DNA of 64,000 nt from Candidatus Nomurabacteria bacterium (GTDB taxonomy: Bacteria; Patescibacteriota; Minisyncoccia; Phycocordibacterales; UBA9973), in the NCBI GenBank assembly GCA_023267435.1, contig JAHFNH010000001.1:80253-144252 (forward strand), written 5' to 3'. Made by a program: the position numbers and the translations under genes. A model generated the notes under the pieces. It searched no databases and had not been told where the DNA came from. It saw nothing but the letters and a program-made list of their open reading frames with translations. Positions 37,243 through 47,061 of the stretch are shown here, in pieces (the first letter of the stretch is position 1; every line of letters starts with the position of its first letter).

Positions 37243-39666
37243 CTATTTAACTTCCCCAAAGTTATCCCCAGCTCCAGAATGCACTTCCAGAGGAACGTCA
37301 GTTTTAAAATGCAAATATGACCTTGATAATACTGATTCCATTGCGTTTAATATGATTTTTTCAGCTTTAACCAGAACATTTTCTTCTATCTCATACACAA
37401 GCTCATCGTGGATTTGCAGAACTAGATGCACTTTATCCAATAAACCAGCTTCTTTTAAGTCTTCATAACTATAACGAATAGCTAATTTAATGAGATCGGC
37501 AGCAGTCCCCTGCAGAGGCGCATTAGTCGCAGTGCGTTCTGCCATCTTTTGTAAAAAAGGAATTCTGGATTTAATATTTGGAAAATATCTTTTTCTGCCA
37601 AACAAAGTCTCAGTGTATGCATTTTTTGTCGCGATAGACTTCACTTCTTCTAGATAATCCCGCACGCCAGAAAATTGATTGAAATAATTATCATAAAACT
37701 TCTGAGCCTCGGCAAGTGTGCTATTTAAATTTTTCCTTAAACTAGTAACGCCCATGCCGTAAATAATACCGAAGTTTATCACCTTCGCTCGGCGACGCAT
37801 TTCATGATCAACTTTTTCTATTGGCACACCAAACACAAACGAAGCGACACCCGCATGAATATCTTTTTTCTCACGAAAAATCTGTGTCATTTTTTTATCA
37901 CCTGAAAGAATCGCTGCAACACGAAGCTCAATCTGACTATAATCAAAAGCTGCGAGCTTGTATCCTTTTTGTGCAACAAATCCTCCGCGAATTCTCCTGC
38001 CGAGCTCTGATTTGATCGGTAAGTTTTGTAAGTTTGGATCCTGAGAAGAAAATCTTCCAGTTGTCGTGCCGTTCTGCAAAAACTTTGCGTGAAGCCTGTT
38101 GTCTTCAGTAGTCATTTTCGGAATCACATCAATGTAAGTCGAAAGAAGTTTTTGCAATTCTCGATAAGCCATTATTTCTTTTATAATTGGGTTATCTTCT
38201 TCCAGTTCTTCTAGAACAGAAATCTTCGTAGAGAAAGATCCGCTCGCGCCTTTTTTCTTATTTGTCTTTATTCCCATTTTTTCAAATAGCACTTCGGCTA
38301 ATTGTTTCGGGGAGTTTATATTAAATTCTGTGCCCGCCATTTCATATATTTTTTTTGTTAACTTATCTAATTCAACATGATATTCAGCTGAGAGTTTTTC
38401 AAAATATTTTTTATCTACCAATATTCCATGATCCTGCATTTCTTTCACTATCGGCATTATGGGTTTTTCAACCTCTTCAAAAACAAGTGAAAGTTTTTCA
38501 TCGTGCAGTTTCTTAAAAATATATTCATGCGCCTCTTTAAAAGAGCTCGTCTTGGCATAAAACAAAATATCATCCAATGACGGATTGGTCATATCAGAAT
38601 TGATCAACCATAGAGCAATAGAAGCTTCTTGGAGCTGTTCTGGGTCTACATTCTCATTATTCTCCGGTAAAGGATTCTTAGAGTCGTGGGTCCCCTGTCC
38701 TAGGTCTCCGAGGGCGAAGGCTCCGGAATCCTTTACCGGAGAATTATTAACATTAAAAAAACTTCTCAATCTTGCCAGTAAACTCCTAAATTCAAATTCA
38801 GAAAACATAACTTCTACTTTTTTCAAATCTGCTGATTCCCAAAAAGTTTTTTCTGGAAGTTTAAAATCTACCGGAGCGTCAGTTCGAATCTTGGCTAACA
38901 CTTTTGAAAACTCCGCTTCTTCTTCATTGTTTTTTATTAGTTCAATAATTCTCGGTTTGATGCCGGCTTTAATAAAAGCTTCTGGTTCCTTTTTAATTTT
39001 TTTATAAATTTCTTCAATGCTTCCAAAGTTTACAATCAAATCAGTCGCAGTCTTTTCACCAATGCCTTTGATGCCGATAATATTGTCAGAAGTATCACCG
39101 CGCAGACCTTTGTAATCCGGCAAAAGTTTCGGCTCAAAACCAAACCTCTCTTTCATTTTTTCTTCGTCGTATAGGATAGTGTCATTAATTCCTTTCTTTA
39201 AAGTAAACACCTGCACTTTTTTACCGTCGACAAGTTGCATTGTATCCATATCACCGGATGCAATAATTATATTTATACTTTTATCATTTTTTAATTTTTC
39301 AACAATCGTTCCCAATACATCGTCTGCTTCGAAACCCGGCGCATCGTAAATAGGAATATTAAAAGCTTCGAAAATATTACGGGAACTTTTTAACTGTGAA
39401 ACTAATCCTTCATCTGTTTTCGCTCGGCCGGCTTTGTATGCATCGTAAGCTTCATGTCGAAAAGTTTTTTGTGGCAAATCATAACAAGCCACAATATAAT
39501 CCGGCTTCAAGTCAGTAATTATTTTCATCAACATTGTCGACAATCCATAAAGTGCACCAGTCGGTTCACCCTTGGAAGACATAAACTCTGGCAAAGCATG
39601 ATATGCACGATGAATTATCGCATGAGAATCGAGCAACACTAATGTTTTAGGTTTTATACTTGCCAT
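37243..39666 (-). CDS. polA: DNA polymerase I (5'-3' exonuclease plus polymerase; proofreading domain largely absent)
   Basis: EADD, GDTSDNI, TGRFSSQDPNLQN, DYSQIELR, QIHDEL. Confidence 0.96.
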   Translation of the reverse strand: MASIKPKTLVLLDSHAIIHRAYHALPEFMSSKGEPTGALYGLSTMLMKIITDLKPDYIVACYDLPQKTFRHEAYDAYKAGRAKTDEGLVSQLKSSRNIFEAFNIPIYDAPGFEADDVLGTIVEKLKNDKSINIIIASGDMDTMQLVDGKKVQVFTLKKGINDTILYDEEKMKERFGFEPKLLPDYKGLRGDTSDNIIGIKGIGEKTATDLIVNFGSIEEIYKKIKKEPEAFIKAGIKPRIIELIKNNEEEAEFSKVLAKIRTDAPVDFKLPEKTFWESADLKKVEVMFSEFEFRSLLARLRSFFNVNNSPVKDSGAFALGDLGQGTHDSKNPLPENNENVDPEQLQEASIALWLINSDMTNPSLDDILFYAKTSSFKEAHEYIFKKLHDEKLSLVFEEVEKPIMPIVKEMQDHGILVDKKYFEKLSAEYHVELDKLTKKIYEMAGTEFNINSPKQLAEVLFEKMGIKTNKKKGASGSFSTKISVLEELEEDNPIIKEIMAYRELQKLLSTYIDVIPKMTTEDNRLHAKFLQNGTTTGRFSSQDPNLQNLPIKSELGRRIRGGFVAQKGYKLAAFDYSQIELRVAAILSGDKKMTQIFREKKDIHAGVASFVFGVPIEKVDHEMRRRAKVINFGIIYGMGVTSLRKNLNSTLAEAQKFYDNYFNQFSGVRDYLEEVKSIATKNAYTETLFGRKRYFPNIKSRIPFLQKMAERTATNAPLQGTAADLIKLAIRYSYEDLKEAGLLDKVHLVLQIHDELVYEIEENVLVKAEKIILNAMESVLSRSYLHFKTDVPLEVHSGAGDNFGEVK
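38656..38748. repeat. In-frame palindromic insertion in polA
   Basis: 19-bp perfect inverted repeat 38659-38677/38726-38744; ATTATT direct repeats 87 nt apart. Confidence 0.7.
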
Positions 39667-39738
39667 AAAATTGATTATACTCCCAATTTCTTAGATTGTA
39701 ATCAATCTGTAGAAATTGCAGTCCCTTTAGGGGGCATT

Positions 39739-40191
39739 TTATATATGCTTTATTTTAAAGCTTCGATGCCCTTCTTTGGTGTGTTTAATTGAAATTTTGT
39801 GATGCTTTTTCGGCATAGCTTTTTTAACATTCTCTGGCCATTCGATAAAAACCAAATGTTCCGGATTTGAAATAATTTCTTTCCAGCCTAAATTTAAAAG
39901 TTCTTGTGCATTTTTTAATCTGTAAGCATCTAGGTGAAACATGTTTTTAAAAATTTTATGTTTCAAAGAGTAGCGCTTCATAATCACAAAAGTCGGACTG
40001 TTTACTTTTCTTTTTATTTTTAAAATCTTTGAAATAGCTTGGGTAAACGTCGTCTTGCCCGTGCCTAAATCCCCAGACAAACCAACTACACACGCAGATT
40101 TTGAAACCTTAGATCCTAAAATTTTTTCCAGAAATTCCTTCGCTATTTTTTCTGTCTCTTTTTGACTTTTTGAAACTATTTTATTTATCAT
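39739..40191 (-). CDS. tsaE: tRNA threonylcarbamoyladenosine biosynthesis ATPase TsaE
   Basis: GDLGTGKT, VNSPTF, HLDAYRL, IEWPE; probable start MINKIV. Confidence 0.93.
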   Translation of the reverse strand: MINKIVSKSQKETEKIAKEFLEKILGSKVSKSACVVGLSGDLGTGKTTFTQAISKILKIKRKVNSPTFVIMKRYSLKHKIFKNMFHLDAYRLKNAQELLNLGWKEIISNPEHLVFIEWPENVKKAMPKKHHKISIKHTKEGHRSFKIKHI

Positions 40192-40258
40192 ATATTTTAA
40201 TTTTAACACAAAAAAAATAGCCCCAGAATTTTCTAGGGCTATTTCGATCAATTTATCA

Positions 40259-41239
40259 CTATCTTCCTCTACCAGGATTACAAGGTGCTGGTCTGTCACA
40301 ATGAGGTGCTTTAAATGTTCCACTGCCTACTGTGTAAGGGCCGTAACCTCTATACATCATAGGATCATGATTCCATCCAGAGTGTAAAATTAAAATTCTG
40401 GGTTGAAAGTGGTTAAATCTATAAACATCTTCATTAACAGTTCCGCTTCCTGCAAAATAACCGCCGTGAGGTTTAGATTCTGATTTAGGTTCTGGTTCAG
40501 ACTGTTTGATTTTAGACGCATAGTCCGGCAAAGTATTTGGAAAATAAACTGTGTCATTCCGGACATAAAATTTATTAATGGTTGTGTCGGTGTGAATAGT
40601 CACAGAAGAACTTCTTATAGTGTCAGGCTTTGCAAAGTTAGGCTTAACAGCAACAGGTTTGATTGCCGGAATAGAATCTTCCGGAATAGAAGTATTTTTC
40701 ACAGGAACAAATTTCGGATTACGGTGATCAATTAAAGTATTGCAACAACGTCTGGCAATGATCGATCTTTTTGGAAACGGATTTCCATTTTTATCAGTCC
40801 ATCCTAAATATTTAGTTACATCTAAAATAAGAACTGGTTCATCACCGAGAACTTTTCCAATACGAACTTTATAAGAAGGACGTTCTAAATAAATAACAGT
40901 ACGATCTTTGGTAATGTAAGCCACTGATACTTCTCCTGTTGACCAATTATCACAACCTATTTCAGTTGCATTTTTTAAAAGGAAAACCATGTAACCTAAA
41001 GTAATTTTTCCATCAGGGATAAATACATTCCAACCATCTTGGTCGGCAGTACCCTGAAGATCAGACAAAACTGCATTTGGTATTGCCATACCTCTTGTTG
41101 TATTAGTAACAGTGTCAATTATTTCTTTTTTAGAATATCCGCAGTCCTTGTGTTGTGCGGCAAATGGAAGCTTTCCGCTTTGAGCGAAGCAACCAATCCC
41201 CACACACAGTGTGAGTAGAAGTGATATTATTTTTTTCAT
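40259..41239 (-). CDS. Secreted hypothetical protein
   Basis: Signal peptide ending CFAQ, Pro-rich linker; own TTGACT-17-TATACT promoter and terminator. Confidence 0.7.
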   Translation of the reverse strand: MKKIISLLLTLCVGIGCFAQSGKLPFAAQHKDCGYSKKEIIDTVTNTTRGMAIPNAVLSDLQGTADQDGWNVFIPDGKITLGYMVFLLKNATEIGCDNWSTGEVSVAYITKDRTVIYLERPSYKVRIGKVLGDEPVLILDVTKYLGWTDKNGNPFPKRSIIARRCCNTLIDHRNPKFVPVKNTSIPEDSIPAIKPVAVKPNFAKPDTIRSSSVTIHTDTTINKFYVRNDTVYFPNTLPDYASKIKQSEPEPKSESKPHGGYFAGSGTVNEDVYRFNHFQPRILILHSGWNHDPMMYRGYGPYTVGSGTFKAPHCDRPAPCNPGRGR

Positions 41240-41398
41240 ATGTCAAAGAGTTTTAGAGTTTATATTATATGATTTTCTGTATATTCTGTTCTGCACCAAG
41301 TATATCACCTTTTGATATAAAAGTCAACCCCTACCCTATATACCTATATAGCAAAGAATCCTTTGTTTTAAAGACAAAATGAGGTATGATTCTTGGTA

Positions 41399-43096
41399 AT
41401 GGCATTATTTGATGAAGAAAAACAAAATAAACAGCTGGATGACTTGCACAAGCAAGAAGAAGAACAGTTGGTGGCAGTTTTAGCCGAATCAAAATATGGA
41501 TTGCCTTATGTGGATTTATCCCGTATTGGCGTAGACAATGAAGCACTCCGAGCTATAGACGAACAAGGTGCGCGTGAAATGAAAGTCGCACCCTTTAAAC
41601 TTTCCGGAAAAAATATTTTTATAGCCGTCCGCGCGCCCTCAGAAGAACTTTTAGGAAGTTTGAAAGAAGACATGGAAAGAAAAGATTTAATTCCTACTTT
41701 TTACATGGCGTCATTAGCCAGCTTAAATAAAGTTTGGGACAGATATAAGGAAATTTCACTAGCTGAAAGCTCAAAAATCGGAGGAATAGATATTTCCGGA
41801 GAAATTTTAGCAGAGACGGCAAAAGACATACAGAAAATGCAGGATATTGAAAAACTAATAACCGAAGCATTAGAAGGAAAACAAATCCATAAAATATCTC
41901 ACATTCTTGAAATAATACTCGCGGGTGCTATCGCAATCAAAGCTTCTGACATACACATCGAACCAGAAGAAGACCGCGGAAGACTCCGACTCAGGCTCGA
42001 TGGTGTTCTCCAAGATGTAATGTTTTTCGGAATGGATATCTATCACCTTCTCAACTCTCGTATTAAACTTCTTTCTGGAATGAAGCTGACTTCAAAAATA
42101 GCACAAGACGGACGCTTTAGTATTATGGAAAAAAACGAAGAAATAAGTATTCGTACTTCGCTTATTCCAGGTTCATACGGTGAATCAATCGTTATGCGTA
42201 TCTTGGATCCGAAATCCATTCAGCATGAATTAGAAGAAATGGGAATTGAACCATTCCTTTTTTCAATAATTCAGCAAGAAATAGCCAAGCCAAACGGTTT
42301 GATCTTGGTGACTGGTCCGACTGGTTCCGGAAAAACGACGACTCTTTATGCCTTTCTGCGCAAGATATATTCTTCGGAAATAAAGATAATCACCATTGAA
42401 GATCCTGTCGAATATCATTTAGCCGGTATAACTCAGACCCAAACAGATTCAAAAAAGGGATACACTTTCTTAGAAGGTTTACGCTCAGCTCTTCGCCAGG
42501 ACCCAGACGTGGTGATGGTCGGAGAAATCCGCGACGCGGAAACAGCCAAGATCGCAGTGGAATCTGCTTTGACGGGTCACTTGGTTTTCTCAACACTTCA
42601 CACCAACAATGCCGCTGGTGTTATTCCCCGTCTGATCGACCTTGAAGTTAATCCAAAAATAATGGTCTCAGCTTTATCTCTCTCAATAGCTCAGCGTCTC
42701 GTGCGTAAATTGTGCGAATTTTGCAAAAAAGAAAAAACTCCCACTGAAATGGAAGCTAAGAGTTTAAAACTTGTATTGGATAGTATAAAAGAAGAAGGAA
42801 AAGATTTATCGAAATATAATATAGATCCAAATGCGACATTTAAAATATTTGTAGCTGTCGGTTGTGAAAAATGTAACATGACAGGTTACCACGGCAGAGT
42901 TGGTATCTTTGAAGCTATTAAAACAGACGAAGCAATCGAAAAAATAATTCCATTAAATCCCAGCGAGCGCGAAATAAAAAAAGTTGCGCGAACACAAGGA
43001 ATACTTTCTATGCGCCAAGACGGCGTAGTGAAAATCTTAAATGGTGTTACTTCAATAGAAGAAGTGCAAAGTGTTGTTGATTTGAACGAAGAATAA
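41399..43096 (+). CDS. pilB: GspE/PilB type IV pilus assembly ATPase
   Basis: ASDIHIEP, GPTGSGKTT, EDPVEY, LRQDPD, STLHTN, two CxxC. Confidence 0.9.
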   Translation: MALFDEEKQNKQLDDLHKQEEEQLVAVLAESKYGLPYVDLSRIGVDNEALRAIDEQGAREMKVAPFKLSGKNIFIAVRAPSEELLGSLKEDMERKDLIPTFYMASLASLNKVWDRYKEISLAESSKIGGIDISGEILAETAKDIQKMQDIEKLITEALEGKQIHKISHILEIILAGAIAIKASDIHIEPEEDRGRLRLRLDGVLQDVMFFGMDIYHLLNSRIKLLSGMKLTSKIAQDGRFSIMEKNEEISIRTSLIPGSYGESIVMRILDPKSIQHELEEMGIEPFLFSIIQQEIAKPNGLILVTGPTGSGKTTTLYAFLRKIYSSEIKIITIEDPVEYHLAGITQTQTDSKKGYTFLEGLRSALRQDPDVVMVGEIRDAETAKIAVESALTGHLVFSTLHTNNAAGVIPRLIDLEVNPKIMVSALSLSIAQRLVRKLCEFCKKEKTPTEMEAKSLKLVLDSIKEEGKDLSKYNIDPNATFKIFVAVGCEKCNMTGYHGRVGIFEAIKTDEAIEKIIPLNPSEREIKKVARTQGILSMRQDGVVKILNGVTSIEEVQSVVDLNEE

Positions 43097-43139
43097 AAAC
43101 TCAAAGATTTATAATTTATGTTTTTGAAAAATTGGCAAT

Positions 43140-43318
43140 AAAAAAAGCACTAATCTCTAAACAATCCTTTCAAAGCTAAGCTTCGAAAGTAACAACTTCT
43201 TGAAGGATGGCCCCCGCGAACTAATAAAAGTGCCGAAACGTCCTACGCAAAATTGTATAACCGATGGCTGATTGCTTAGAGATTAATGCCTTCTTAAAAA
43301 GTAAACATCAAACTCACA
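43140..43318 (-). ncRNA. Candidate structured non-coding RNA, unclassified
   Basis: 20-bp closing stem 43147-43166/43270-43289 plus internal hairpins; mismatches read as G-U only on the minus strand; 3' U tract; TATAAT at 43325-43330. Confidence 0.5.
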
Positions 43319-43425
43319 AAAACTATTATACTATATTCAAAACCAAGTAAATGTTACAATGTGGATATAACAGTGGATACTGTGTTAACAATGTAACGAT
43401 TAGAGTATAGCATACTACTAAACCA

Positions 43426-44436
43426 ATGTCAAGTGAAAAAGATAAAGAAATAAAGGATATCCCTGAAGAATCTTACCTAGACAAGACCTTGCGTCCTTCA
43501 CGCTGGGAGGATTATATTGGCCAAAAACATATAAAAGACAACGTAAAAATACTTTTAAGGGCAGCTCTAGAACGTGGTCACACTCCTGAACATCTACTTT
43601 TTTATGGACCTCCAGGCTTAGGAAAAACTACACTGGCGCACCTTATAGCGAAAGAAACCGGCCGACAAATGAAGATAACTTCTGGTCCTGCCATTGAAAA
43701 AGTTGGGGATTTGGCTTCTATTTTAACCAACCTTGCCCCTGGGGATATTATCTTTATCGATGAAATTCACCGCTTAAATAAAATGGTGGAAGAAGTTCTT
43801 TATCCAGCCATGGAATCCGGTGTGCTTGATATCATCATCGGAAAGGGTCCATCAGCTCGCACTATTCAGCTTGATCTACCACCCTTCACACTTATCGCAG
43901 CTACCACCCGTGTAGCCATGGTGTCTTCCCCTCTTCGTTCACGTTTCTCTGGAGGAGTATTTAGGTTGGAATTTTATACAAATGAAGAGATCGCAGAAAT
44001 CATCCGACGCTCCAGTAAACTTTTAGAAACAGAACTTGAAGAAGAAGCTTTAGCGGAAATAGCAAAAAGAAGTAGATTCACACCCCGTACTGCGAATTAC
44101 TTTTTAAAAAGAGCCCGCGATTATGCTCAAGTAAATAAAAAAAGTTTAGATAAAGAAACAGTCAAAAGAGCTTTAGACATGCTTTCGATCGACGAGATCG
44201 GACTCAATGCTTCAGATAGAAAATTCTTGGAAGTGTTAATTGAAAAATTTAATGGTGGACCAGTCGGCTTGAAAACAATCGCAGCCGCACTCTCCGAAGA
44301 AGAAGCTACTGTCGAAGAAGTTATCGAACCATATCTAATCCAACTCGGACTTATCGAACGCACACCTAAAGGCAGAACTGCCAATAAAAAAGCTTACGAA
44401 CATATGGGTTTTGATTTTATCGACAAACAGGATTAA
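43426..44436 (+). CDS. ruvB: Holliday junction helicase RuvB
   Basis: LRP..W.DYIGQ, GPPGLGKTT, FIDEIHR, EPYL. Confidence 0.97.
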   Translation: MSSEKDKEIKDIPEESYLDKTLRPSRWEDYIGQKHIKDNVKILLRAALERGHTPEHLLFYGPPGLGKTTLAHLIAKETGRQMKITSGPAIEKVGDLASILTNLAPGDIIFIDEIHRLNKMVEEVLYPAMESGVLDIIIGKGPSARTIQLDLPPFTLIAATTRVAMVSSPLRSRFSGGVFRLEFYTNEEIAEIIRRSSKLLETELEEEALAEIAKRSRFTPRTANYFLKRARDYAQVNKKSLDKETVKRALDMLSIDEIGLNASDRKFLEVLIEKFNGGPVGLKTIAAALSEEEATVEEVIEPYLIQLGLIERTPKGRTANKKAYEHMGFDFIDKQD

Positions 44437-44479
44437 ATTAAAATTATATTAGAGTTAGTTTTTATAATTTCAAATATTT

Positions 44480-45016
44480 ATGAGTCATTCACAATGGGAA
44501 AAGAAAAAACTAAAAAAAGCAGCCAACGGCAAAGATACACATAAAATCTTTACAAAGATGGTGCGTTTAATAATGTCTGAAGCAAAAAAATGTAATGGAG
44601 ACCGAAACTCTGACGGACTCAAAGCGGCCATAGTAAAAGCAAAAGGAGTGAGCCTTCCGTCTGATAATATTGATCGAGCGATAAAAAAAGCGAGTGAACC
44701 ATCTCTACAAATGGACAATATTACCTATGAAGCTTACGGTCCAGGCGGAGTTGGAATTATCATCGAAACACTAACAGACAGTAAAAACAGAACAGCTCAA
44801 AACATAAAACATATTCTTTCTGAGAAAGGTTCTAGTTTGGCTGGTATCGGTTCAGTCGTCTGGGCTTTTCAAAAAGAAATCTCACCTGAAGGAGTCGTCT
44901 GGAAACCGACTACCACCGTCTCACCTTCTCTAGAAGAACTGGAACTTCTGGAAAAGTTAATAGACAACTTAGAAGAAAATGATGATGTGCAAGAAGTGTA
45001 TACTAATGCGGAATAA
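44480..45016 (+). CDS. yebC: YebC/PmpR family protein (short form)
   Basis: DNIDRAIK, YEAYGPGG, TDSKNRT, DDVQEVYTN. Confidence 0.9.
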   Translation: MSHSQWEKKKLKKAANGKDTHKIFTKMVRLIMSEAKKCNGDRNSDGLKAAIVKAKGVSLPSDNIDRAIKKASEPSLQMDNITYEAYGPGGVGIIIETLTDSKNRTAQNIKHILSEKGSSLAGIGSVVWAFQKEISPEGVVWKPTTTVSPSLEELELLEKLIDNLEENDDVQEVYTNAE

Positions 45017-45031
45017 TGTTAAAATTCTCTT

Positions 45032-45508
45032 ATGCGTATTTTAGGAATTGATCCAGGATTTGAGAGACTCGGCGTCGCAGTGCTTGAGAAAAATAAAGGT
45101 GATAAAAAAGAGAAAGTGCTTTTTTCGGAATGCTTCAAAACTTCCGCTAGTTTAGAATTTTCAAAAAGACTTCTTTTAATCGGAAAAGAAGTTCGAAGAG
45201 TAATAAAAGAATATAAGCCGGAAGTTTTATCTATCGAGACTTTATTTTTAACTACCAACCATAAAACAGTTATGTATGTCGCCGAAGCGCGCGGAGTCGT
45301 CATTTATGAATCCGTTGATGCGGGCCTAAAAATATTCGAAGCTTCCCCACCCCAAATTAAAATAGCCACCACTGGATACGGAAAAGCAGATAAAGACCAG
45401 GTAATGAAGATGGTTAAAATACTCGTTGATATAGACAAATCAAAACATTCAGACGATGAATTAGATGCTATTGCTATAGCTCTCACAGCTTTCGCGCATA
45501 TTAGATAA
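45032..45508 (+). CDS. ruvC: Holliday junction resolvase RuvC
   Basis: ILGIDPG, IETLF, GYGKADKDQV, DDELDAIAIA. Confidence 0.96.
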   Translation: MRILGIDPGFERLGVAVLEKNKGDKKEKVLFSECFKTSASLEFSKRLLLIGKEVRRVIKEYKPEVLSIETLFLTTNHKTVMYVAEARGVVIYESVDAGLKIFEASPPQIKIATTGYGKADKDQVMKMVKILVDIDKSKHSDDELDAIAIALTAFAHIR

Positions 45509-45633
45509 AAACTTATCCACAGCTTTATTTTTTGAGTATTGCCAAAGTTTTTGATATTTGGTACAAAATATAAATCTAAAAAATAGTTTGTTTATTAATA
45601 GGTCGGTTTTAAAAATTTAAAAAATAAAAAAAG

Positions 45634-45783
45634 ATGGACGACGAAGAATCAATAGAAGAAAAGAGTTTCAGAACCAGTGATCTTGATGATGAAACCTTTA
45701 GTGATGATATAGATCCACTAGAGCCATTAGAAGGAGTTACTGATTTTGGTCTGGACGAAGAAGAAACAGAAAAAGATATGTAA
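45634..45783 (+). CDS. Very acidic small protein (49 aa), not in the ORF track
   Basis: MDDEESIEEKSFRTSDLDDETFSDDIDPLEPLEGVTDFGLDEEETEKDM; promoter TTGCCA-17-TACAAA and terminator at 45787-45819. Confidence 0.65.
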   Translation: MDDEESIEEKSFRTSDLDDETFSDDIDPLEPLEGVTDFGLDEEETEKDM

Positions 45784-45822
45784 TTAAAAAAATCCCCCGA
45801 CTCAGGTCGGGGGATTTTTGTT

Positions 45823-47022
45823 TTATATTATCTTTATAAATCTTCTCTTACCTATCTTGTACACTCCGGGAATCGCCATTATTTTAAAATCAGTAATTTT
45901 CTCTTCACTATGTTCAATTAATCTTTTAACTGCACCTTCATCAACAAGCCTGCGCCATTCACTCTTTGATGCTACGATTTTATTTTCAAATAAAACATCC
46001 ACCATTAATTCTCCTGTTTTATGTTTTACTTCTTCTATATCATCTGGAATTTCTTTTTTTTGAAAAGTATTAACGAAATTTTCTTGGGCTTCTTTTGCTT
46101 TTTTCTCTCCGTGATAAATTTTTACAATTTCTTCAGCTAGTTTCATTTTAAAATCTTTTGGATTTACACCATCTTGCATTTGTTTTTCAAAATCTTTTAT
46201 TTGTTCCAAGGAAACATCAGTACAGAGTTCAAAGCCTTTCAGAATTAAAGAATCGGTCCAGCTCATAACTTTACCAAACATTTCATTTGGCTTATCTTCA
46301 AAAGAAACCATATTGCCTTCTGTCTTGCCCATCTTTTTTCCAGAATTATCTTCTAGAAGTTTCATGGCTACGACAGATTTGTCTTTTTTTAATATTTCAG
46401 AAACTAACTCTCTTCCCATTAACATATTAAATGTTTGATCATTTCCACCCACCTCAACATCAACATTCATCGCGACACTGTCATAGCCTTGCATCAATGG
46501 ATACATAAACTCATGAATAAAGATTGGCTTGCCTTCTTGATTTCTACGGGCAAACATATCTCGTTTTAACATCTGATCGACTGTAACTCTTGAGGCAAGA
46601 TTTAAAACATCTTCAAAATTCATTTTCGCAAGCCATTTAGAATTAAATTTAAATTGCGCTTTATTTACACCAGTAAATTTTAAAAATTTTGAAGCTTGTT
46701 TTTTATATTTTTTTAAATTTCCCAGAACTTCTTTTTTTGTGAGCTGTTTTCGTGCTGCCATTTTATCAGTCGGGTCTCCAATCATTGCTGTAAAATCTCC
46801 CATCAATAAAATAACTTCATGACCTAAATCTTGAAATTGCTTTAATTTCATTAAGGGAATAGCGTGACCCATATGCAGAGTCGGACCAGTCGGATCTATT
46901 CCTAAATAAACTTTAAGCTTCTTACCTGAAAGAAGCTTTTGTTCCAAAGTCTCTTTGACGAAGATATTTTCAACTCCTCTCTCGAGTACGTTTTGAATTT
47001 TTTCATCCTTGCTTATTTTCAT
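45823..47022 (-). CDS. tyrS: Tyrosine--tRNA ligase
   Basis: GIDPTGPTLHMGH, YPLMQGYD, GGNDQ, KMGKT, S4-like tail. Confidence 0.96.
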   Translation of the reverse strand: MKISKDEKIQNVLERGVENIFVKETLEQKLLSGKKLKVYLGIDPTGPTLHMGHAIPLMKLKQFQDLGHEVILLMGDFTAMIGDPTDKMAARKQLTKKEVLGNLKKYKKQASKFLKFTGVNKAQFKFNSKWLAKMNFEDVLNLASRVTVDQMLKRDMFARRNQEGKPIFIHEFMYPLMQGYDSVAMNVDVEVGGNDQTFNMLMGRELVSEILKKDKSVVAMKLLEDNSGKKMGKTEGNMVSFEDKPNEMFGKVMSWTDSLILKGFELCTDVSLEQIKDFEKQMQDGVNPKDFKMKLAEEIVKIYHGEKKAKEAQENFVNTFQKKEIPDDIEEVKHKTGELMVDVLFENKIVASKSEWRRLVDEGAVKRLIEHSEEKITDFKIMAIPGVYKIGKRRFIKII

Positions 47023-47061
47023 ATAATGGATTATAACATGTTTTCTGCTATGATTAATATC

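Noticed and set aside
39739-40323. Extended N-termini in the ORF track (tsaE, malic enzyme, rpsT, amidase, PBP1A, 3016, 5037)
   Set aside because: Extensions overlap neighbouring genes, promoters or terminators; downstream ATGs fit family starts and, for most, the -10 spacing
43170-43270. c-di-GMP-I riboswitch or hammerhead ribozyme on the plus strand (GAAA, ACGCAAA, ACCGATGG fragments)
   Set aside because: The required stems and cores do not assemble, and G-U pairing favours the minus strand
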